Shown in pieces: positions 1-14,085 of a DNA stretch of 64,000 bases. The notes below the pieces were generated by a model, which was not told where the DNA came from, did no database searches, and worked only from the letters and a program-made list of their open reading frames with translations. The position numbers and the translations under genes are program-made. The DNA is from the human T2T-CHM13v2.0 reference genome, Homo sapiens. The stretch is from assembly GCF_009914755.1 (NCBI RefSeq), contig NC_060926.1, one strand, 5' to 3'. The first letter of the stretch is position 1, and each line of letters starts with the position of its first letter.

Positions 1-251
<251 letters not shown>

Positions 252-2067
252 TGAGAAGGATGTGTATGAGAGAAGCCAGATCCAGGGTCAGTGGATGAGC
301 TATCACCTGTGCAAGTTCATATTTGCTTCATTTCTAGCTCATCCCAGATATCTACATTCCATGCCGAACTTATTGAGGATTTCCTCACTGGATTCCACTA
401 CTGCTGGTGCCACCTGGGTCCTCATAGTGTTTCCTTTTCCTTTTAGTTGTAGGGGAATAAAGCATTCATTTATTTTCCAAGGGTTGGCTGAGTTAAGTCA
501 CATGAACATGTGTTCTATTTCAGATGGGTTTGAAACTAGGCTTGATGCCTTAAGGAATAGGGATGTCTAGATTTCTTTTTTCTGTACACTTCTTAAGACT
601 CTGTGGCCAGCTAACTCTCAGGCTCCTTTGCTGCACTCAGATTGCTGGCCTCAGTTACACAGAGGACAGATTTGCCACATTCAAAAATGCTCTCCCTGGA
701 ATTGAAATGAGTTTGCAAAAGGTAGGAGTACATTTTATTCTCATTCTTGTGCATCTTATTTACCCTGATGGAAAGCATTACTTCTCTTTATCTTTCAAGG
801 TGACCCAAAAGCATCCAAAACCAGGTTTTCCAGAATTATAGCATGTGTCCTCTAATGAAATGCCAACATTCACTCTCTTTAAAAGTAAAAATATCAAGAT
901 TATATAGTCATTAAAAAGAATAAGTCTGAACTAAGTGTTCTAAGATTTGATGCCTATGATGACTGGAATGGAAAAAGCAAGTCATATGATTCTATTTAAA
1001 ATACTTACATTTGCCTGTGTGTAAAAGGCAAAGATCTCAATTGAGCACACGGTGGTTAACTGGGGAGTGGGACTATGGTATGTACAGAGGGCGAGGAAGG
1101 GGCTTGCACTTGTTCCTTATTTCTGAATTGTTCTGAATTGTCTAGATTATTCACTGAGTGTGTAGTGCTTAAAAATTAATTAGAAGACATCACACACATT
1201 CACTGAGAATCCTAATCAATCTTCACTGCATTTAAAGTCTGGAAACGGTTACATTCTCAGTTTGACTGGTTTCATGCAGTGTTCAATTGCTTCACCTGAC
1301 ATTCCTCGGGTATCGGGTTCTGTGCCGGGCACGGAGGCTACTAAGATGAATAACACCTGGTCCATGACAGGATGGCATCTACCCCAGAACACAGGTAAGA
1401 GAGACAGTGAATTTGGTAAAAATGGGCACCGTCATCAGTAGGCATACATCAGCTCCCTCATCTGATTCACAATTGGCCTTCTGTAGGCTTCTTCTCTTGG
1501 CAATGCAATTGGCAGGCGTCATCCTTTTATACTTAAACTCCAAATTTAGGATTAAGACTCCAGTTAATACTGCCAAGCAGAAGGCGTCCTTGGAGAAAGA
1601 GAAGTCTCCTGAACATACCCACTGGGGTACCTAGAATAGATTTTGCAGCGACACACAGATCCTGTGTTGTCTGGAGTCTCTGCTGAGTAATGTAGATTCT
1701 GGGACAGCAAAAGGGGAGCTGGTGACTTTGAACCAAATTTTACCTTTCAACTGAATCCAGGGGAATAATTTGCAACAGAGTGGCAGACGATACAAAGTGC
1801 TATGTTGAACACTAGATTGTGCTTTATTTTTTCCGCCCAACTTCACGTTTCCATGCACCAAAATGTTGATGCTATAAATATTGGATGCCACGCTTACCTG
1901 ACAGGCTTCTTCCATCCCACCTGGGCGCGGGGGCTCAGAGCGAGCGCGCGAGCCGCGGCTGGAGCCCGCCTCTCGCGGCTGGAGAGGACTCAGCCGGCCG
2001 CGGGTTGTGCTGCTTGCCCGGGTGCCCTAGCCGCTTCCCAGCCAGGGCTCCCGCAGTCAGCCCCGCG

Positions 2068-2079
2068 CGCGCACGCGCG
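2068..2079. promoter_or_regulatory. NRF1 motif
   Basis: CGCGCACGCGCG matches YGCGCAYGCGCR; typical of nuclear-encoded mitochondrial gene promoters. Confidence 0.65.
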
Positions 2080-2141
2080 CTCCCCTCGGGCGGCCTCGAC
2101 GCCTCAGGGCTTCGGCAGGGCTGCGACTGGCCGGCTCCAGC

Positions 2142-2152
2142 GGGCGGGGCGG
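2142..2152 (+). promoter_or_regulatory. GC boxes (SP/KLF)
   Basis: GGGCGGGGCGG. Confidence 0.6.
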
Positions 2153-2168
2153 CGAGAGAGTGCTCGCG

Positions 2169-2178
2169 GCCACGTGAC
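2169..2178. promoter_or_regulatory. E-box (USF/MiT-TFE/MYC type)
   Basis: GCCACGTGAC (GTCACGTGGC on minus strand); a second CACGTG lies at 2448-2453. Confidence 0.6.
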
Positions 2179-2184
2179 CGACGC

Positions 2185-2196
2185 CAACATGGCGGC
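2185..2196 (+). promoter_or_regulatory. YY1 motif overlapping the start codon
   Basis: CAACATGGCGGC versus YY1 consensus CAANATGGCGGC. Confidence 0.65.
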
Positions 2197-2228
2197 GCCC
2201 AGTGGCGTCCACCTGCTCGTCCGCAGAG
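2189..2228 (+). CDS. METAP1D: Methionine aminopeptidase 1D, mitochondrial - coding exon 1 (MAAPSGVHLLVRR + first base of Gly)
   Basis: Strong Kozak AACATGG in a CpG island; donor GAG|GTAAGC at 2229; peptide matches the METAP1D N-terminus as I recall it; splices in frame (phase 1) to 63743. Confidence 0.95.
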
Positions 2229-3039
2229 GTAAGCGCGTGGAGGAGAGCCCCGTGAGGGTTCGCACGGTTGCTCACTAGGTACGCACCCGGGTCCAAAGGG
2301 ATGCGCACCCGCGCTCAGACATCTCGGCGCACACGACTGTACTTTCAGTGTTTACGAACACACGCAGGCACACACGATGACACATTCACACACCACAGGA
2401 TCACACATACAAATTTGTTCACTGATCACCCGCCTAGAACACGTCACCACGTGGCATCTTTTCGCAATTACTCCTTGAGATTTGCGGGCCATTGTCTGAA
2501 GTTTTTTTCCCCAACTTCGGTTGTATCATTAGTGTAACCAACATTTATTCTGTATGCCGAGCAAGGAAACCTATGGTAATTCTGAAATGCATCTGGACAC
2601 CCGGTTCCCTTCCCTAGAGCTTTTATGCAGGCATGCTTTTTGGGGACTTGCAAAATGTGATGGTTTTCTTCCAGTGACTTAAAGTTAAGAAGATAAGAAA
2701 GGATGTCTGGGTAGTTCTAAGTAGGTTTTATCCTGCGTGAGTGTTGAGATTTTAGTAAATATACAAATGCCTTTGCAGCAGAATTGGGGAAATCTTTGTT
2801 GGATTTGAACTAGGTGCTGAATCTTTGTTGGAAAGAACTAGAAAGTTTTTCCAAGGACGGGGGAAGAGGAAAACTATCATATTTTGAGGAGCTACTTAAG
2901 CGTCAGGCATGTAGGAACAGTTTTGTGAGGTAAATATTATTTTCATAGTAACAGCTACTGTTTATTAAGTGCCTTTTAAGTACACGATACTGTGTTAAGC
3001 GCCTTACATATGCTTGCTTCCTTTTAAAACTCAATGAAT

Positions 3040-3238
3040 GAGACCCCGTCTCTACAAAAAATTTTAAAAATTAGTCGGGCGTGGTGGCACATGCCTGTAG
3101 TCTCAGCTATTCTGGGGGTTGAGGTGGTAGGATCGCTTGAGCCTGGGAGGTCAAGAGGCTGCAGTGAGCCGTGATCGTACCACTGAACTCCAGACTTGGC
3201 AATAGAGCCAGACCCTGTCTCAAAAACAAAAACAAAAA
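3040..3238 (+). mobile_element. Alu, 5'-truncated (AluJ-like)
   Basis: Linker, right arm and A-rich tail. Confidence 0.85.
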
Positions 3239-3476
3239 CCCAGTGAGTTAGGAATTATTTTCTCTTTGCAGAAGGGAAAAGTAAGGCTAGAGAGGTTAAG
3301 TAACATTACTAAGGTCGCATAAATGGTAAGAGGCAGATTGCTCATTTGAACATGACTCTAATTTTTTTTTTTAAGACTCATTTCTCGGTACTGCATGACG
3401 TGGTCACTCCATAGAAATCAGTGTGTAAAGTTCAGCAGAGACAGTGCAGGATGAGTGTGTACAAAAAGTGAAGAGA

Positions 3477-3791
<315 letters not shown>

Positions 3792-4029
3792 GAAGTGAAG
3801 AGGAAGATATTTTTAGAGAGGAAGAAGGTTGGTAATCGAATAGACTTCAGTATTTCAGTGTTAGTGGAGATGAGAAAGGGGCCACAGGAAGATTTGAGGG
3901 GAGAGATGTGTATGGGGAAGGTGATGTAGCGAGCATTTTGGACTGGTTGCATGAAGGAATGGACATCAGCATGAGAGTGTAGCCTTGTGAAAAGACAGCC
4001 AATTTACGTCTCTCAAGATCTGGGTGCCA

Positions 4030-4281
4030 GGCCTGGCAAGGTGGCTAATGCCTGTAATATTACCCAGCACTTTGGGAGGCCAAGGCGGGCAGATCACTTG
4101 AGGCCAGGAGTTCAAGACCAGCCTGGCCAACATGGTGAAACCTGTCTCTACTAAAAATACAAAAATTAGCCAGGTGTGGTGGCACATGCTGGTAATCCCA
4201 GCTACTTGGGAGGTGGAGGTGGGAGGATCGCCTGAACCCAGGAGGCGGAGGTTGTAGTGAGCTGAAAAAAAAAAAAAAAAA
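4030..4281 (+). mobile_element. AluS lacking the 3' end of the right arm
   Basis: Dimer goes from GTGAGCTG directly into poly(A); TSD AAGATCTRGGTKCCAG. Confidence 0.9.
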
Positions 4282-4527
4282 GATCTAGGTTCCAGTCCAA
4301 ACTTTCTTTACTAATTACTTTTCTGTTTCCTCTTTTCACAAGAAATCATGGCTTTTAGACTTCATTTTTGTATGCTTCAGGTAATGGTGAGAAGGATCTG
4401 AGGAGATAGTCAATGTAGAGGAGGAGCCAAAAAAAAAACAACCTGAAAACATACATAGGTGTATGTATGTATATATATATACACCTATGCATGTATAAAC
4501 GTATTTTTATATGTGTGTATATATGTA

Positions 4528-4600
4528 TTAGGTTGGTACAAAAGTAATTGCAGTTTTAGAATCAATGACAAAAACTGTGATTATTTTGCACCAACTGTAT
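4528..4600. mobile_element. MADE1 (Hsmar1-derived MITE)
   Basis: TTAGGTTGGTACAAAAGTAATTGCAGTTTT ... AAAACTGTGATTATTTTGCACCAAC mariner TIR palindrome in a TA-rich site. Confidence 0.9.
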
Positions 4601-5635
4601 ATATAACATCTCTTTGCAGATAACAGAAATAGCATTAATCTTTTCTTTCTTTTTGATCACTTATTATTTTGACAAATGGTGGTTTAGACAGTCTTGAGAA
4701 AATATATTATATGGAAGTCAGGCCAAGTTATTGGTTCCTATAATCCATCCCACTGTATCCCAAAGTGTTGCAACAACCAAGAAGTAGATCCTCTGATTAG
4801 AGGAGAGAAGAAAAATGTGTCATCAGGAAGCTATTTTAATGATGGAGAAAGGGCCCCTTTTTGGACTACCCATAGCTAGTTTTAAATTGCAGAGAGGTTT
4901 TCCTGCTCCCCACCCCCAAGAATTGAAAATGAAGGGTAAATTCACGAAGACTCCTCTCTCCACCCTCTTCCTCCCTTTCACCCATCTAGATTTATGTAAA
5001 GCAATCCATTACAAGTCTTCATGTACCAGGATTTATTATCAGCATTTATGAGCATCATTTCTTCTTGAAATAGAGGAAGACTTTTTTTTAACCTTTTAAA
5101 AAAGGCATGAGGTTTCTCTTGTGACGCCTCAACTCATTGTGGCTTTGGTCACAGTATACCCTGTATACAGTAGTTACCTAGCTCCTCTCACCATTTCTGC
5201 TCCTTACTAGATTATTAATTCTTGTTGAACAGAAGCTTTGTCTTATGTATCTTTCTGTCTTTATAAGCACAGTACCTGGCTCAAAGTTAAGCTCATTAAA
5301 AGTATACAGAATTGAGAGGCTGTTAAGATTTGTTCTCTTCCATCATGGTCTAAGGAGGGTTGGGTAGAAACTATGAGTAGTGACATTGGAAAGAGGAAAA
5401 GACAGATCAGCCTCTTGGAACCAAGAGAGAAGGTAACAAGGGCCTTTAAGGGACTAAAATACTCCCAAGTATTAGTGCTGGCAGGAAATCCCTTCCTCAG
5501 AGTACAGAATCCCTACCCTGGGGCCCCAGGAACTCTCTCCTATCTCAGTCTCACTCCCAGCCCTCGCTTCACTGGAATCCCAGGTCTAGCTCGGGCCACG
5601 AAGCAAGATCCCAGTGAATATGAAGAGGAACAAGG

Positions 5636-5965
5636 AAATCTCAGCTTGAATTGTAATAATCCCCATGTGTCAAGGGCAGGACCAGGTAGAGGTAATTGGA
5701 TCATGGGGATAGTTTCCCCCATTCTGTTCTTGTGATAATGAGTGAGTCTCAGGAGATCTGATAGTTTTATAAGCGTCTGGCATTTTCTCCTGCTTGCACT
5801 CATTCTCTCTCCTGCCACCCTGTGAAGAGGTGCCTTCTGCCATGATTATACATTTCCTGAGGCCTCCCGAGCCATGCAGAACTGTGAGTCAATTAAACCC
5901 CTTTTCTTTATAAATTACCCAGTCTCAGGAATTTCTTCATAGCAGTGTGAGAACAGACTAATACA
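5636..5965 (+). mobile_element. THE1D-like solo LTR (ERVL-MaLR), slightly 5'-truncated
   Basis: GGTAATTGGATCATGGGG, GAGATCTGATAGTTTTATAAG, GAACTGTGAGTCAATTAAACC, ending GACTAATACA. Confidence 0.88.
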
Positions 5966-5983
5966 GCAAGTAAGAGGGCATAT

Positions 5984-6288
5984 TTTCTTTCTTTTTTTTT
6001 TGAGACAGAGTCTCGCCCTGTAGCACAGGGTGAAGTGCAGTGGTGCGATCTTGGCTCACTGCAACCTCTGCCTCCCGGGTTGAAGTGATTCTCCTGCCTC
6101 AGCCTCCCGAGTAGCTGGGACCACAGGTGCCCACCACCACGCCTGGCTAATTTTTGTATTTTTAAGTAGACACGGGGTTTTGCCATGTTGGCCAGGCTGG
6201 TCTCTCTTGAACTTCTGACTTCAAGTGATCCGCCTGCCTCAGCCTCCCACAGTGCTGGGATTACAGGCATGAACCACCGCACCTGGCC
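5984..6288 (-). mobile_element. AluS
   Basis: Antisense full dimer. Confidence 0.95.
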
Positions 6289-6538
6289 ATTTACTTATTT
6301 TTAACAAATATAAAAAAAACTTAGAAGTACTTTTGTTCACTTGTGACTGTAAGGCCCTAGACTCCTCCACTGAGAATTTTGTTACCTTAGTGGTTTTTCA
6401 AAAATGTAATAGCCAGGCAGGGGAGGGGCTGTTATACATCATGAGTTAAGTACTTTAAACTTTTGCCAACTGCCCTGAGATCCTTGCTATCTTGTGTAGC
6501 TTCTGCAGGAAAATGTCTGCTCAGTTTTGCCAAACCAA

Positions 6539-7018
<480 letters not shown>

Positions 7019-7129
7019 TAATATGGCATGTTACTACACAGATTAAGAAATACTTATGAAACCTTGGCTCTAAAGTGCTCCTAAATCCATACATACTTGT
7101 ATGTGTTTTCCTCTATTTGAAACAGCTAG

Positions 7130-7347
<218 letters not shown>

Positions 7348-7363
7348 TGTGAAACAGTTTTCT

Positions 7364-8082
<719 letters not shown>

Positions 8083-8345
8083 TGTGAAACAGCTTTCTGT
8101 ACTACAAATAGTTCTGTCTCCCATTGAAATTATGAAATTTCAATGTATACTACAGGGCATATAGACCCTCAGTGATGAATGCTTTGCAGTCATTAAAAAA
8201 AAATATATTGACCTGCATTTGTTGGTATGGAATGATGTCCACAAAATACATTATTATGGAAAAGCAAGTTATAAAACAATATAAGCTACTCACATTTTGT
8301 AAATAAAATATCAATATTTCTGTATATGTGTATACATGTGTCTAA

Positions 8346-8697
<352 letters not shown>

Positions 8698-8884
8698 AAT
8701 ATTTATAGTTTCTATGAAATACCCGCTTTCCTCAAGCATTAGAAATCCATAAAAATCAGTGTGGATGCTATATATCTTAGGGAACTTGGCAAAGATGGGA
8801 GAAGTACTATGTGTATGCAGAACTTCATTTGAACAACATCTAGTTTTAAGCTGAAACAGCTTGTTTTTACGGAGACTGAATTTT

Positions 8885-9120
8885 CTTTTTTAGCTTTTGA
8901 ACATGGAGACAGTTAAACATAATGCAAAAGTAGAGAGAATAGTACAATGAACTCCCACGTAGCCATCATCTAGTTACAATAGTCATCAACCTATGGCCAC
9001 TATTGTTACATCTATACTCCCAGTTACTTTGCCTCCCCACAGGTGGATTATTTTGAAGCACATTCCAGATATATTATTTCATCTGTAGATTTTTTACCGT
9101 GTATCTCTAAAAGATAGGGA
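8885..9120 (-). mobile_element. Old L1M (L1MC-like) 3' fragment
   Basis: AAAAGTAGAGAGAATAGTACAATGAAC ... GGATTATTTTGAAGCA ... TATCTCTAAAAGATA. Confidence 0.6.
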
Positions 9121-9279
9121 GCCATTTTTTTCTTCTTACGTTGTACATATCAGTTCTAGAATTTGCATTATAATTTCCATTTCTTGTTGAGATTTCCCAC
9201 CTGTTCACTCATTATGTTCATCTTTTCCTTTAAGTACTTGAACATACATATTTATAACAGCTTTTTAAAAATCTGTTAA

Positions 9280-9816
<537 letters not shown>

Positions 9817-9904
9817 TAGTTGCTTCACATATTTTGTCTAATTGGTTAAGACAGGTGGGAATTCTAGTACCAGTTATGCTGGAATGGATGGAAAAGGATA
9901 TTAA

Positions 9905-10191
9905 TTTTGTTTTTTTTGAGACAGAGTCTCTGTTGCCCAGGATGGAGTGCAGTGGCGCATTCTCAGCTCACTGCAACCTTCTTCTCCTGGGTTCAAGCAG
10001 TTCTCCTGCCTCAGCCTCCTGTGTAGCTGAGATTACAGGCGCATGCCACGACACCCGGCTAATTTTTGTATTTTTAGTAGAGACGGGGTTTCACCATGTT
10101 GGCCAGGCTGGTCTCCAACTCCTGATCTCAAGTGATCCACCTCAGCCTCCCAAAGTGCTGGGATTACAGGCATGAGCCACCGCGCCTAGCC
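9905..10191 (-). mobile_element. AluS
   Basis: Antisense dimer; TSD GGATATTA. Confidence 0.93.
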
Positions 10192-10668
10192 GGATATTAT
10201 TATTTTTTTTAATCTATAAGTTTACTTTCCCTTTTTTTTTTTTTTTTGAAAATTATTTGTTGAAGCAACTGGTTAGCCTATTGGTTCTGTGGAGCTTTGC
10301 ATTTTGTGGATTTTGCTGATGGTATTATATTCCACAGGGCTTGTTGAAGATGTTCCTCTATAAAATGGTAGTTAGATCCAAGGCCTGATTTAAGTTAGAC
10401 ATTTTTTGGTACAAGTACTTCATAGTGGTGTTGCTGGAGACATTGTGGCCTGGAGACATTGGAGACATTAGTGGCCATTGGCAATCATGACCTGGCTCAT
10501 TAGGAGTTTACAAATGACAATATTTTAATTACTCCTTCTTTATTTATCAGCTAGAAAACATCTACAAAGAGAAACTTTCTCATCAAGTATTTCATTACCC
10601 TGACAGGCCCTGTCCCAGCAAGGAAAGTTAAATGGTTTGTTCTCCTTATTTATCAGTTTTTAAAATAC

Positions 10669-11627
<959 letters not shown>

Positions 11628-12295
11628 TAACAGGTTTATCCTCCAAAAGTGACCAATGAATTTTTGTTTCGGGTCATTATATGGGTTAATTTTTTTTATA
11701 TGGGTTTATTTTTAATTGTGTATCTACTTCTTTAATTTTCTGAAAGTATATGAAACGTCATGGAGCATTGAAATTGTGAGGCAGGATTGCAAGATTCAAG
11801 ATAGAAGAGCTATTGACAGAAGTAGCATTTCTAATATATGGAATTTAAGAAACTCTTACTATACCTTAATGTTAGAGTGGAAGACTGTAGGGTAAGAGAG
11901 GATTAACAAGAAAGTGAGATGGTGTCTCCATTTTAATCTGCTGCTTGTGTGTTCTGAATGTATTGGAGAGGGAAAGCCATTGCAGTCAGTTAGAAGATAA
12001 TGGCAGAAACAGAAGGACCTGAACTAGGGTAATGACTGCGGGATGGAAAGGGAGAGATGGATGCCAAGGAAATGGTACAGAGGAGAAATCATCATGACCT
12101 GGTGGTTTGCTGGAAAGGAGACCCGAGGAAGGGAAGGGGCATCAAAGCAGAAAAGGAGGAGTTGGCAGGAACAGAGAACTTAGTAGGGAAAAGAGTCTCT
12201 AAGATGAAATTGCAGGATGACTAAGTATCAGTGAATTTGGCCACTAGTGATGATGGCGGCTTGGAGCAAAATTTAGCAGTAGAAGGAGCTTGTGA

Positions 12296-12653
<358 letters not shown>

Positions 12654-12699
12654 CTTTTTTTTTTTTTTTAACAACTTTTTTCCTTCTTTCCTTCTTTCC

Positions 12700-12952
12700 T
12701 CTTTTTTTTTTTTTTTTTTTTTAACAGAATCTCACTCTGTCACACAAGCTAGAGGACAGTGGTGCAATCTCAGCTCACTACAACCTGTGCCTCCGGGTTC
12801 AAGTGATTCTCCTGCCTCAGCCCCCCGAGTGGCTGAGATTGTAGGCGTGTGCCACCTCGCCTGGCTAGTTTTTGTATTTTTAGTAAGAGACAGGGTTTCG
12901 CCATGTTGGCCAGGCTGGTCTTGAACTCCTGGCCTCAAGTGATTCACCTGCC
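12700..12952 (-). mobile_element. AluS, 5'-truncated
   Basis: Antisense; long T/CT-rich tail from ~12655. Confidence 0.88.
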
Positions 12953-12957
12953 CAATG

Positions 12958-14085
<1,128 letters not shown>

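Larger units (their letters stand above)
1920..2460. promoter_or_regulatory. CpG island / METAP1D promoter (probably bidirectional)
   Basis: Abrupt GC- and CpG-dense block around exon 1, set in CpG-depleted flanks. Confidence 0.9.

Noticed and set aside
262-841. Two adjacent ORFs (102 and 92 aa) upstream of the promoter
   Set aside because: No recognisable protein similarity or splice structure; I could not support a processed pseudogene on either strand.
1121-1140. TTCTGAATTG tandem duplication
   Set aside because: Ordinary 10-bp slippage event.
1802-2278. 158-aa ORF extending METAP1D upstream in frame
   Set aside because: It crosses the promoter and reads through the exon 1 donor. GC-rich DNA lacks stops by composition, and an extension would bury the presequence. 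Only 2189-2228 is credible.
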